Below are positions 1 to 10,132 of a DNA stretch of 50,412 nucleotides, piece after piece (position 1 is the stretch's first letter; every line of letters begins with the position of its first letter). Below the pieces are notes generated by a model that did not search any database, was not told the origin of the DNA, and was given only the letters and a program-made list of their open reading frames with translations. Where the stretch lies: IMG/VR virus record IMGVR_UViG_3300049203_000028, positions 1 through 50,412 of that record, one strand, 5' to 3'. This stretch comes from a virus. Its lineage: Duplodnaviria > Caudoviricetes. The translations under genes and the position numbers were made by a program.

Positions 1-2
1 GT

Positions 3-395
3 TCGCAAGGCGGCGGTGGCGGCGGCATTGTAGGTCCAGGCGCTGTCGGTGGTGGGTCGCCTTTTGGCCCCGCTTCAAGTCAGGGTGCGCCGAACATTTT
101 AGGTCTCATTGGCGGAACGATCAATCCGACAAATTCCCCAGTTCGATTCCCGTTCGACGGCTTTGTCGGCGGCGGCGGCAATCCCATCAGCCCACCGGGA
201 GGGATCGGCGGTGGCGGTGGCGGTGGAAATAGCGTGGGCGGCACCGTGACCGCTGCGGGGGTCGGTGGCGGTGGTGGCGCGGCGTCTGCCTCGACAGCCA
301 CGGACGGCGGTATCGGCGGCGGTGGCGGTGCGTGCTGCGCCGGAAGTAGCAAGACAGGCGCAGGCGGGAACGGTGTCGTCGTAATCGAATACTAA
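3..395 (+). CDS. C-terminal part of glycine-rich tail fibre tip/adhesin-like protein (continues from 49903-50412)
   Basis: Frame 3 is open from 3 to TAA 393-395, Gly-rich (SQGGGGGGIVGPG...) and ends in GGNGVVVIEY, typical of Gly-rich phage fibre proteins; not in the ORF track because it lacks a start. Confidence 0.75.
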   Translation, partial: SQGGGGGGIVGPGAVGGGSPFGPASSQGAPNILGLIGGTINPTNSPVRFPFDGFVGGGGNPISPPGGIGGGGGGGNSVGGTVTAAGVGGGGGAASASTATDGGIGGGGGACCAGSSKTGAGGNGVVVIEY

Positions 396-404
396 GGAAA
401 ACCC

Positions 405-851
405 ATGACCACTTATGCACGCATCGTCGACGGTTGTGCAGTCGATATCACGACCGAAGACCCCAAAACGATTTTTCACGAAGACGTTGCCGTCGAATTC
501 GTGACCGTTCCCGACGATACCTCGCACGGGGACCGCGTCGACGCGGACGGCGCCTGGACGAAAGCTCCGCAGGCTGTCGATATCGTTCCGCGGCATGTCC
601 CGCCAACCGTCACGCCTGCTCAGTTTAAAATGTTGATGCTCGCCGAGTTGCCGGAAATCCTTCCGCTCAAATCGAGCGACGAGACGGTGTCGGCATTTTT
701 CAGCGTGGTTGACGACCCGCGCCTTACTGAAGTCGACTTGTCGCTGACCTCCGTTCAAAATGGGATAAAGTATTGCTTGACGAAAATCGGTCGTACCGAA
801 GCCCAACTTGCGCAACGTATGTCTGAAATTCTTAGCGGAGTCTTAACCTAA
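405..851 (+). CDS. tail fibre-associated protein (assembly/chaperone-like)
   Basis: AAGGA RBS before ATG; MTTYARIVDG N-terminus typical of proteins that follow Gly-rich fibre genes. Confidence 0.6.
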   Translation: MTTYARIVDGCAVDITTEDPKTIFHEDVAVEFVTVPDDTSHGDRVDADGAWTKAPQAVDIVPRHVPPTVTPAQFKMLMLAELPEILPLKSSDETVSAFFSVVDDPRLTEVDLSLTSVQNGIKYCLTKIGRTEAQLAQRMSEILSGVLT

Positions 852-868
852 TCATGCGAGCCCTGACC

Positions 869-1042
869 ATGCCCAATATCGACCCGGACGCACAAAAGCG
901 TGCCATCAAGGAAGCCATCAACGAATGGCTTAACGAAAAATTCGCCGAGTTCGGCCGCTGGACCTTCTACGGGTTGGCCGCAGCAGCATTCGCGGGCGCG
1001 ATCTATCTCGCGCTTCGTGGGCAGGGTTGGAGCAAGGTATGA
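869..1042 (+). CDS. small single-TM protein, putative holin/antiholin (alternative start 854)
   Basis: One hydrophobic segment (TFYGLAAAAFAGAIYLAL); ATGA overlap with the endolysin. Confidence 0.55.
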   Translation: MPNIDPDAQKRAIKEAINEWLNEKFAEFGRWTFYGLAAAAFAGAIYLALRGQGWSKV

Positions 1043-1509
1043 CGCCGCAAGCGTTTCTTGACGCGCTCTTGCCGGGCGCGCTCGCGATCCAGCATAAATA
1101 CGGAATCCCCGCCTCGTTCACGCTGGCGCAGGCCGCGAGCGAATCGAGGTGGGGGGATTCCGACCTCGCGAAACGGGCATTCAACCTGTTTGGCATCAAG
1201 GCTGACAAGTCGTGGAAAGGCCCGGTGTTCAACCTGCAGACAGGCGAAGTCCTGAACGGGAAAGAGGTCGTCGTTCCGGCGTCGTGGCGCAAATACGGGT
1301 CGTGGGCGGAATGCCTGGAAGACCGCGTCAAGTTCTTCAAGGACAACCGCCGTTACGCATCGTGCTGGCAGCAGACGACGGGCAATGGATGGGCGCTCGC
1401 CGTTGCTGCGGCCGGCTACGCGACGGACCCGAACTACGCCAAAAAGCTGATTGCCGTCATGGACGGTCGCAACCTGCAACGCTTCGACACGAAAGGAATC
1501 GCGAAATGA
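1039..1509 (+). CDS. endolysin, glucosaminidase/FlgJ-like muramidase (GH73)
   Basis: Motifs LAQAASESRWG, NLFGIKA and AGYATDPNYAKKL are characteristic of GH73. Confidence 0.92.
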   Translation: MTPQAFLDALLPGALAIQHKYGIPASFTLAQAASESRWGDSDLAKRAFNLFGIKADKSWKGPVFNLQTGEVLNGKEVVVPASWRKYGSWAECLEDRVKFFKDNRRYASCWQQTTGNGWALAVAAAGYATDPNYAKKLIAVMDGRNLQRFDTKGIAK

Positions 1510-2003
1510 AATACGTCATGATCAAGCTGTTTATCGGCCTCGTACTGTTCGGGACATTGGTCGCCCTGACCTTCAACAATATCCCGAATTCCGGTCGCCT
1601 GCTGGACTTCTGTTACGGCGCCCTTATGGGCCTGGGCGTCATGCACCTGGGCAGCGGCCCGCAAGACGTCGTCGCGGACAAGCAGGGCGGATTCGCGTCA
1701 CCGTTCATGTTGCTGTTCATGGCGGCCCTATCGCTATCGATCACAGCGTGCACGACCGTGTCGACACAAAACGCGAAGGTGACGTACACGCAATCGTGCG
1801 CGGCGTACGGCGGCGCGTTCGACGTGATGATCGCCTTGCGCAAGGGCGGCAAGCTGAACCAAGCCCAAATCGATCAGGTGACGTTGATCGACAGTCAGGT
1901 CACGCCGCTATGCACCGGACCCTTGCCGCAAGACCTGGACGCTGCGACAGCCCAAATCACAGGCGCCGTGACCGCATTAACCATTCTGGAGGCAGTCAAA
2001 TGA
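1506..2003 (+). CDS. lysis-cassette membrane protein with two N-terminal TM segments and an internal lipobox
   Basis: AAAGGA RBS, ATGA overlap; MKYVMIKLFIGLVLFG...; LSLSITAC lipobox-like, Cys82. Confidence 0.7.
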   Translation: MKYVMIKLFIGLVLFGTLVALTFNNIPNSGRLLDFCYGALMGLGVMHLGSGPQDVVADKQGGFASPFMLLFMAALSLSITACTTVSTQNAKVTYTQSCAAYGGAFDVMIALRKGGKLNQAQIDQVTLIDSQVTPLCTGPLPQDLDAATAQITGAVTALTILEAVK

Positions 2004-2233
2004 CGACCGCACAGGCAATCCTTATCACGGCCGCGCAGACCGCCGCAGCGCTCGCGGCAACCGACCCGAAAGCTGCGGCGGTCTGCGCGCTCGCCCCGGT
2101 CATCGTCCAACTGCTGCAGACCGTCGAACAGATGCAAGCTGCCGGATCGCTGACACCCGAGAAGTTGCAAGCGCTTTACGACACCGTGTCGGCCAACGTC
2201 CAGCGCGCGCACGATGAATGGGCGGCGATGTGA
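2000..2233 (+). CDS. hypothetical Ala-rich helical protein in lysis cassette
   Basis: GGAGG RBS; ATGA overlap upstream and GTGA overlap downstream; MTTAQAILITAAQ... Confidence 0.7.
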   Translation: MTTAQAILITAAQTAAALAATDPKAAAVCALAPVIVQLLQTVEQMQAAGSLTPEKLQALYDTVSANVQRAHDEWAAM

Positions 2234-2604
2234 CCGCGCGATTTCTCGACGACCTGGAGATTTGCGAGGCGGACGAGAACGTTGACGATAGTACGTGGCG
2301 ACTGCGCAAACCACTGTCGTACTCGTCGGTCGTCGCAAATCGGGTGATAACGGTCCCGGCAGGGTTCAGGACTGATCTCGCCAGCGTGCCGCGTCTGCCG
2401 ATCGTCTATTGGCTTTGCGGCGGTCGGGCCAACAAACCTGCCGTCGTGCATGACTTCCTGTACACCGAAGGCCCGCTCGCACGTGAGGTCGCCGACGCGG
2501 TGTTCCTGGAGGCTATGGAAGTCGTCGGCGTTCCTGTCGTCTATCGTCGGCTGATGTGGGCCGGCGTGCGCCTGGGCGGCGCATCGCATTACGTCAAGCG
2601 GTAG
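2230..2604 (+). CDS. DUF1353 family protein
   Basis: VPAGFRTDLASVPR, AVVHDFLY, ADAVFLEAM and VRLGG motifs; GTGA overlap. Confidence 0.85.
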   Translation: MTARFLDDLEICEADENVDDSTWRLRKPLSYSSVVANRVITVPAGFRTDLASVPRLPIVYWLCGGRANKPAVVHDFLYTEGPLAREVADAVFLEAMEVVGVPVVYRRLMWAGVRLGGASHYVKR

Positions 2605-2782
2605 CAGTATTCGCGCGGACGATGTGCTTAATGTCCGCGTGTTCCCCTTCCTTCAGATTCAACGCATCAATCGCCCCCTGCATCGCCTCGATACGATCCG
2701 CCAGCGTGGCCGGTTGATCAAAAGGCAATTTCGATTCGTACACGATCAGCAACCGCGTCGCAAATCCATAGCCATCGTCCAT
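2594..2782 (-). CDS. hypothetical protein (62 aa, MDDGYGFATR...)
   Basis: GGGAGG RBS and a dedicated sigma70-like promoter directly upstream. Confidence 0.7.
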   Translation of the reverse strand: MDDGYGFATRLLIVYESKLPFDQPATLADRIEAMQGAIDALNLKEGEHADIKHIVRANTATA

Positions 2783-2804
2783 AGTACCTCCCCGTAAAAG
2801 GTCG

Positions 2805-2833
2805 ATACTATGGACTACTAACTGAATTGTCAA
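2805..2833 (-). promoter_or_regulatory. sigma70-like promoter with operator motif
   Basis: TTGACA-17 bp-TAGTAT; spacer contains GTTAGTA. Confidence 0.8.
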
Positions 2834-4860
2834 CAACTTATTCCGAGATCGGCAAGCATACTGCGCGCTTCGTCGACGTACCATTTGTAATCGATGTCGG
2901 GCGGCAGAACGTCGGGAAGGTCCATACACGGTTTGCATCCTTCCGATTTCGACACGAGGTTGCCATTGCCTTCGTAAGCGATGTGCCCGGTCTGCCCGAC
3001 ACCGTAATACCATCGTACGGCCTTCCCGAGGTATTCACGCGGGATGGCGTTGCGTTCGATCTTGATCGCATCGTCTGTCGAGCACCCCTCGACCTCGCCG
3101 CGATACCACGTCTTGCCTTTCGCGTTCCCTTCATATGCATTCCAGCCCCGAGCGACGAGCGCTTCCCGCTTCTGCGCCATCGTGTCCGCAACGATCGTAT
3201 CCTTGACCCACTCCCCGCCGCCCTGGACCGCGCGCACGGTGACGAACTTTCGGATATCGTCGCACCGTCGAATGGTCTGTTCAAGCGGCGTACCGTTGAT
3301 GATGTATTCCTTAACGGCGTCGACGCAAATCTGATTGGTCGGGTTTTTCGCCAACCGGCTGATAGGGTCGTCCGCGTACCATCCTTTCGCCTTGACCGAG
3401 ATCGGATGATGAACGCCTTTCTTGTCGGTGTATGCGGGTTTGAATGCAAGGTAGTTGTTGACGTTCGCCGAGAACAGGCCGATATACTCGTTGGCTTCCG
3501 TTTCGAACCCCGTGATCGATTCCCATTGCTTGACGATACGGTCCCGCAAGTCGACTTGCTCGTCGCGGCATTTGATCACGACGCCGTCCGTGTTGGCCGA
3601 CACGACGGGGATTCCCTGCAGATGCAGCATCTCGATCAGCATTAGCAACGAGAATTGCCCGGTGAGCGTCGTGCGCAACATCAGGTCCGGCGCGAACAGG
3701 ATGCTATGCCGACTGCCCGTCTTACCGTACGTTCCATTGATCTTAATTTTGAACGTTGCGGCTTTCTTCTTGTTACCGGCCGTCTTGTAAGAGATACGGA
3801 CCTCGATCCAGCCGTCGAAAATCTTGAGGAACACCGGCCCCAGTTGACGCGGGAACATTCTCAATATTGAGATGATTTTGGGGTAGTAGGACACGACGTC
3901 CACGTCGACGAGTTTCCAGCCGTTGCCGGCGCGGTGAGCGGCGCTTTTCTCCGTCGAATGCAGTCCGCCGATACCGAGCGTGTACGCCCCTTCGCCGATG
4001 CGGATTTTGTAGTCCTTGAACGATTCGGGCATTTGCGGCTTGCCGCCCTTGTCCAGGATATACGACGTATCCATGACCATCTTGTAGGCGGCCTGCAGTT
4101 CTGGCGTCTGGAAGGACAGGAACGGGGCGCCCACGTAGCGGATAGCGTGCCCTGGGGGAAGTTGGGCTTGATCGACGATCGTCCGCGCGGCGCGGCCGTC
4201 CAGCCCGAGCAATTTACGGAACGCCGCTTCGGCGATCTGAGCGTCGGACTTCGATCGGACGTCGATGCCGTATTGCTCGCCGAGTTCAACGCGCGTTGCG
4301 AGGTCTTCCGCGACAGCTTCGTAAAGACCCTCCGTCGTGATCAAGTCGTTGCCGCAATAGCGTTCAACCTCGATCATCTCGGCACGGGTAAGGATGCGGT
4401 CGGGCTTGTAGGGCAAGTCCTGTATCTTCTTGCAGTGCAACCGGCCGCCGTAAATCTTCAAGCTGGCTTGACCCGGTGCGACGTTCATCAGGTCGATGTG
4501 ATCAATGTCGAGCAGTTCGAAGCCCCAGTCACGCGCGACCATCCACGGTTGCGGCGACGGCTTCGTCGTGATGATGTAGTCGCTCAGATTCTTGAGCATG
4601 TCGTTGGTGAACCGGCCCGTTGCTGCGGCCGAGATCACCACAAGGTCGTAATTAAGACCGTTGAACGTGATGTTCGTCCCTGAGCGCAGGAACAGCAACA
4701 TTGCCGCGACGTTTAGCGGTTTGCCTTCGTAGAACTCCAGGGAGAAAAATTGCTTGGTGTGGACGTCGTAGAACTTTACGAGGAAGTAATTGCGGTACGT
4801 CTCGACGTCGACCGCGCGGACGGGCTTTGCCACTGTCGGCGGGGGTGGGGCGATTTGCAT
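2830..4860 (-). CDS. family B DNA polymerase with 3'-5' exonuclease domain
   Basis: Exo motifs DVETY, FNGLNYD, YCGND; polymerase motifs DVVSYYP, KIKINGTYGK, NTDG. Confidence 0.9.
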   Translation of the reverse strand: MQIAPPPPTVAKPVRAVDVETYRNYFLVKFYDVHTKQFFSLEFYEGKPLNVAAMLLFLRSGTNITFNGLNYDLVVISAAATGRFTNDMLKNLSDYIITTKPSPQPWMVARDWGFELLDIDHIDLMNVAPGQASLKIYGGRLHCKKIQDLPYKPDRILTRAEMIEVERYCGNDLITTEGLYEAVAEDLATRVELGEQYGIDVRSKSDAQIAEAAFRKLLGLDGRAARTIVDQAQLPPGHAIRYVGAPFLSFQTPELQAAYKMVMDTSYILDKGGKPQMPESFKDYKIRIGEGAYTLGIGGLHSTEKSAAHRAGNGWKLVDVDVVSYYPKIISILRMFPRQLGPVFLKIFDGWIEVRISYKTAGNKKKAATFKIKINGTYGKTGSRHSILFAPDLMLRTTLTGQFSLLMLIEMLHLQGIPVVSANTDGVVIKCRDEQVDLRDRIVKQWESITGFETEANEYIGLFSANVNNYLAFKPAYTDKKGVHHPISVKAKGWYADDPISRLAKNPTNQICVDAVKEYIINGTPLEQTIRRCDDIRKFVTVRAVQGGGEWVKDTIVADTMAQKREALVARGWNAYEGNAKGKTWYRGEVEGCSTDDAIKIERNAIPREYLGKAVRWYYGVGQTGHIAYEGNGNLVSKSEGCKPCMDLPDVLPPDIDYKWYVDEARSMLADLGISC

Positions 4861-4893
4861 AGTTGATCCTTTATCGCAAGGTGAGCGGATATT

Positions 4894-4915
4894 AAAAACC
4901 CCGCGCGAGGCGGGG
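4894..4915 (-). terminator. Rho-independent terminator
   Basis: CCCCGC-ctcgc-GCGGGG followed by TTTTT on the minus strand. Confidence 0.7.
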
Positions 4916-4921
4916 CGGTTG

Positions 4922-5082
4922 TTACTGCCCGAGGGCTGCTACGGCTTCGTGCAATCGTTCGTCGATCGTTTCGTGGCGTTGCCAGTCGGGAGAACCCGGA
5001 GCGCACTTACGCTGCAGTTCCGCGTTCTCGCGTTTCGCCCATTCCAGTTTGCGAACGACAGTTTCGATCTGCGTCATGACGT

Positions 5083-5086
<4 letters not shown>
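4922..5086 (-). CDS. hypothetical protein (54 aa, MNVMTQIETVVRKLEW...)
   Basis: Translated by hand; ATGA overlap with upstream gene; ends just before the terminator. Confidence 0.65.
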
Positions 5087-6150
<1,064 letters not shown>

Positions 6151-6153
6151 GAT

Positions 6154-7287
6154 TCAGTCCTTGTTAAAAATTTGTTCGGCGGCGGTGCCGTCGTCTTCTA
6201 CGAGTTCAGCCGCGCCGCCTGGGGCGTGACTGTACATGCTTACTACTTCTTCCGGTATCCCGGCTTTGATCGCCTGCAGCGGCGTGAGCGACAGTTTCGG
6301 AGTCGAGATCGGCACACTGTACGCGCTGGCGATGTCCTGCATATCTTTCACCGCGTCGTCTTTCCAGACGGTACGGCCCTTCTTGTGCTGAATGCTGAAA
6401 TACGGCACGATGCCGCCACGCTGAATGGTCGACATCAAACTTTGTTCGATGCCTTCCCTGCGCAACTTGATCACCTTTTCCGCATCGATCAATCGGCGGC
6501 GTTCCTTTCGCAGCGCGGCCGGTGACATCACGAGCGGGGCGGAACTGTACGCCAGATCGATCGCCGGACCTTCCAGCATCAATACCGCTTCGCATTCGTG
6601 ACGACCCTTACAATCCTTGCACGCATCCAGGTCACGCGCCATTACCGGGGCGTCGGGGTCGTCCGCCATACGGTACGCGAGCGACAGTTCCGAGATCGGA
6701 TGACGCAACTCACCGAGCGTCGTCGTCCATGACCGTATCGGGCCGCGCCGATGGTAATTGCGCGGTTGATGAATGGTCATCGTAACTTTCAACGAGTCGT
6801 CGTTGTACACCCCGAACGCAAACGCCGCCAACGCCACGTAGTTGATCAACTGGTAGTTGAGAATCTCGCCCACGAAGCCGTGTCCGAACTTTTCATCGTC
6901 GACGAATATATGGTGCGACCAATGGTCGTACATCGTGTAGTCGGGCGTCCCGTAGTTATCCGCGTGGATTGGACCTTCGGTAAACGTATGTTCAACTCGA
7001 TAGACCGCACCAGCCGTCCACGCGGCGAAATCCCGCTTGATGATGTGATCCGCGTACATGTCTGCCGCTTCGATCATCTCAACATTGAGAACAACACCGT
7101 TCGGCGCGACGTCGCCAACCTGGGGGTGAATCCCGCTCAGTTTTTCGGAACAGACCCAATGCACCGCGTCGCCCTGTTGCTTCTCGATCGTATCTTCGTC
7201 CGGATAGCGCGCTTCAACGTTCGCCGACCCCCAGCACGCGACGATGCGGGCGGCAGACGATGGCGCGTATTTGGCGTGCGTGGACAT
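6154..7287 (-). CDS. DUF2800/Cas4-like PD-(D/E)XK exonuclease
   Basis: HAKYAPSSA, YGTPD, DEKFG, NYQLINY, IHQPR and CKDC...C motifs. Confidence 0.85.
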   Translation of the reverse strand: MSTHAKYAPSSAARIVACWGSANVEARYPDEDTIEKQQGDAVHWVCSEKLSGIHPQVGDVAPNGVVLNVEMIEAADMYADHIIKRDFAAWTAGAVYRVEHTFTEGPIHADNYGTPDYTMYDHWSHHIFVDDEKFGHGFVGEILNYQLINYVALAAFAFGVYNDDSLKVTMTIHQPRNYHRRGPIRSWTTTLGELRHPISELSLAYRMADDPDAPVMARDLDACKDCKGRHECEAVLMLEGPAIDLAYSSAPLVMSPAALRKERRRLIDAEKVIKLRREGIEQSLMSTIQRGGIVPYFSIQHKKGRTVWKDDAVKDMQDIASAYSVPISTPKLSLTPLQAIKAGIPEEVVSMYSHAPGGAAELVEDDGTAAEQIFNKD

Positions 7288-7290
7288 GGT

Positions 7291-8319
7291 TTAGGCCGCG
7301 ATCATCTTTTCGTACACGAGGGGGATCAGGCCCGCGTTAGCCGGCTGCGCGAGTTGTCCAGCAGCTTCGATGCCGAATTCCTTCGCGAACACGAGCATGT
7401 CGGCCATCGTCTTACCTTGCGCCGTGACCCACTTGCACAGTTCTGCGAAGTTGGTCGGCGCGGCTGCCGGTGCTGCCGGTGCTGCCGGTGCTGCCGGTGC
7501 TGCCGGTGCTGCCGGTGCTGCCGGTGCTGCCGGTGCTGCCTGGGCGGTCAACGGCTGGAAGGTCTGCGCGGCGGTGGGTTGCTGCTGACGCAGTTCGGCG
7601 ACGACCTGATTCATGTAGACTTCGCCGACGCCCTTTTTCTTCTTCCACGAGCCGTCCGCGTTCACGCTGCGGGAACCCGAGTGAATGCGGGCGTCCCACG
7701 GCAGGCCGGTTTTATCCGTGGCCGGGGGCGTCGCACCGCCAGTTTGCGCCGGCACATCCGTACTTGCAGGCGCGGCTTGCGCTGCAGGCAGAGTAGATGC
7801 GGTTGGTGGGGCGGAAATGGCCGGGGACGAACCAGACGCACCGGCCGACGGGACGTTTGGGGAATTGTCCAGTACCGGATGTTCGACGGTCATACGGCCG
7901 TCTTCGATCAGGTTGTCGTCGGTCCAGCCCTGGACGTGGTACTGCTCGCGGGTGAAGCCGTCAGCTTTGGTGGTCATCGTGTAGACCGGAGCGACGACGA
8001 CCGGAACGTTGGTCACCTGGGATACCGGCAACGGGGCCGATTGTGCGACATTGCCGCCCGAAGTCTGCACCGTGACGACGACCATGTCTTCTTTCGGCGC
8101 GGTGAATTGCGTCGCTTCGCCGAACACCTGGGCGGCGGTGTTGGTCGTCACGATGGGCGTTTCCTTGCCGACGTCCGGCGCGTCGTCGCCGATCTTGTCC
8201 AGGTATTCGCGGGCCGTCATTTCCAGACGGTCGGCGCCTTCTTCGGTCATTTCGGCCAGCGTGGCGAACGCGTTTGCGAGAACGCGGAATACGGTACGAA
8301 TTTGTTTGGAGTACATCAT
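7291..8319 (-). CDS. conserved phage replication-region protein with GWTD module and PWDARIH domain
   Basis: GAAGGA RBS; DKTGLPWDARIHSGSRSVNADGSWKKKKGV; first gene after the leftward promoter. Confidence 0.75.
   Translation of the reverse strand: MMYSKQIRTVFRVLANAFATLAEMTEEGADRLEMTAREYLDKIGDDAPDVGKETPIVTTNTAAQVFGEATQFTAPKEDMVVVTVQTSGGNVAQSAPLPVSQVTNVPVVVAPVYTMTTKADGFTREQYHVQGWTDDNLIEDGRMTVEHPVLDNSPNVPSAGASGSSPAISAPPTASTLPAAQAAPASTDVPAQTGGATPPATDKTGLPWDARIHSGSRSVNADGSWKKKKGVGEVYMNQVVAELRQQQPTAAQTFQPLTAQAAPAAPAAPAAPAAPAAPAAPAAPAAAPTNFAELCKWVTAQGKTMADMLVFAKEFGIEAAGQLAQPANAGLIPLVYEKMIAA
7463..7540. repeat. perfect 9-bp tandem repeat (GCTGCCGGT x8.7) encoding an APA linker
   Basis: Read directly from sequence. 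Confidence 0.95.
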
Positions 8320-8349
8320 TTATCCTTCGTTTTGGGTTGCGGAGATTGA

Positions 8350-8379
8350 ACAATAGCGGCATACTAACCGGACTGTCAA
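8350..8379 (-). promoter_or_regulatory. sigma70-like promoter of leftward replication operon, with operator motif
   Basis: TTGACA-18 bp-TATTGT; spacer contains GTTAGTA. Confidence 0.7.
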
Positions 8380-8411
8380 CAAGAATTTTTCCTGAGATGA
8401 ACATTAAATCG

Positions 8412-10064
8412 ATGACCGTTGAACTGCGACCGTATCAGCAACAACTGAGGGGCGACATCGTCAACGACTGGTTGAAGGGATACCGTTTCGTGCTCGCAGT
8501 GTCGGCCACGGGTTCCGGCAAGACGGTCTTGTTCTCGTCGATCATCGCGGAAGAACCCGGCCCCGTGTGCGCCATTGCTCACCGTCACGAACTCGTCGCG
8601 CAAATGTCGATGGCGTTGGCGCGCAATGGTATCAGACATCGCGTTATTGGTTCTGACGCCCTGGCACGAGAATGCGTCGCGTCCCACATCGACGAACTGG
8701 GTCTGAGCTACATTGACCCGAACAGCCGCGTCGCAGTCGCCAGCGTCGATACGTTGATTCTGCGCGACGACCCGCAGTTCCACGCGTGGCGCATGAGCGT
8801 CAAATTGTGGGTCATCGACGAAGCGCACCATATCCTGAAGCACAACAAGTGGGGCAAGGCGGTCCAGTTGTTCCCGAACGCTCGCGGCCTGGGTGTGACG
8901 GCCGAGACCGAACGTGCGGACGGCTACGGCCTGGGCGATCAGAATGACGGCGTGTTCCATTCGATCGTCATCGCGCCGACCATGCGCGACATCATCAACA
9001 TGGGGTTCCTGACGGATTACCGCGTGTTTGCGCCGCCGTCCGACCTGAACTTGAAGGACATACCGCTAGGCGCTGACGGCGACTTCAGCCCGAAGAAGTT
9101 GGCCAAAGCGACGAAGGCGTCGCACATCACAGGGGACGTGGTTAAGCACTATCTCAAGCTGGCGAAAGGCAAGCTTGGCATCACGTTCGCCGTCGACATC
9201 GAAGCGGCCGAAGAGATCGCCGCAGGATACCGCGCAGCCGGCGTGCCCGCCGAGATCGTAACCGGCAAGACGAACAGCGCCGTCCGCCGCAACATCCTCA
9301 AACGATTTCGCAACCGCGAGATTCTGCAACTGGTGAACGTCGACCTGTTCGGCGAAGGCTTCGACCTCCCCGCAATTGAAGTCGTCAGCATGGCCCGCGC
9401 GACGAACTCGTTCAACCTGTTCAAACAGCAGGCCGGCCGCGCGTTACGCCTGATGCCTGGGAAAGATTGGGCGATCATCATTGACCACGTTGGTAACTTC
9501 CTGCGCCACGGTCCACCGGATCAACCTCGCGAATTCACGCTAGGGCGCCCCGTGCCGAAGTCCAAGCGCGAACCCGACGAAAACATCATTCCGCAGCGCG
9601 TATGCGTTGAATGTACGGTTCCCTACGAACGCATCTACGCGGCGTGCCCGGCATGCGGTCACGCGCCGACGCCGCCTCAGCGCAACGCACCCGAATTCGT
9701 TGATGGCGACCTCGTCGAACTGACGCAGGAAGTCTTGCGCAAGATGCGCGGAGAAGCCGCAGCAGCGGTTAATACAAGTTTCGTCCCGACTCCGATGAAT
9801 GCGAGCCCTGTCGTCGTGGCATCTATTCGCAAAAATCATTTCGCCCGCGCAGCCGCGCAAGGACCGTTGCGTGACACGCTGGCGTTGTGGGCTGGATGGC
9901 AAAAGAATTTGAAGGGTCGCACCGACAGCGAAATCTACAGGCTGTTTTTCCTCACTTACGGCATGGACATGCTAACCGCGCAAACCCTGGGCGCAGCAGA
10001 CGCCGACGCTCTGCGTATGAAGTTGCAAGCGAAACTCGATAAGCACGGGATTGTGCCCCATTGA
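8412..10064 (+). CDS. SF2 DEAD/DEAH-box DNA helicase with C-terminal Zn finger (alternative start 8397)
   Basis: LRPYQ, ATGSGKT, DEAHH, EGFDLP, QQAGRALR, IIDHVGN; CVEC...CPACG. Confidence 0.92.
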   Translation: MTVELRPYQQQLRGDIVNDWLKGYRFVLAVSATGSGKTVLFSSIIAEEPGPVCAIAHRHELVAQMSMALARNGIRHRVIGSDALARECVASHIDELGLSYIDPNSRVAVASVDTLILRDDPQFHAWRMSVKLWVIDEAHHILKHNKWGKAVQLFPNARGLGVTAETERADGYGLGDQNDGVFHSIVIAPTMRDIINMGFLTDYRVFAPPSDLNLKDIPLGADGDFSPKKLAKATKASHITGDVVKHYLKLAKGKLGITFAVDIEAAEEIAAGYRAAGVPAEIVTGKTNSAVRRNILKRFRNREILQLVNVDLFGEGFDLPAIEVVSMARATNSFNLFKQQAGRALRLMPGKDWAIIIDHVGNFLRHGPPDQPREFTLGRPVPKSKREPDENIIPQRVCVECTVPYERIYAACPACGHAPTPPQRNAPEFVDGDLVELTQEVLRKMRGEAAAAVNTSFVPTPMNASPVVVASIRKNHFARAAAQGPLRDTLALWAGWQKNLKGRTDSEIYRLFFLTYGMDMLTAQTLGAADADALRMKLQAKLDKHGIVPH

Positions 10065-10073
10065 CATTCGCTG

Positions 10074-10102
10074 TTGACAATTCAGTTAGTAGCATGCAAA
10101 AT
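10074..10102 (+). promoter_or_regulatory. sigma70-like promoter with operator motif
   Basis: TTGACA-17 bp-CAAAAT; shares 21 identical bp (TGTTGACAATTCAGTTAGTAG) with the promoter at 2805-2833. Confidence 0.75.
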
Positions 10103-10132
10103 GGCTCCAATTACTCACCCACGGAGCCTAAA

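Noticed and set aside
80-352. Pro-rich minus-strand ORFs at both window ends (80-352, 49983-50327)
   Set aside because: Antisense of Gly codons in the Gly-rich fibre gene
6154-7287. Cas4-like nuclease as a sign of CRISPR-Cas
   Set aside because: Solo DUF2800-type nuclease in a replication module; no other cas genes or repeat-spacer array seen
8274-8411. ORF-track N-terminal extensions (helicase 8274; also 1212, 10061, 11318, 26638, 42467, 43784)
   Set aside because: They overlap neighbouring genes or promoters; downstream starts have RBS or stop-start coupling
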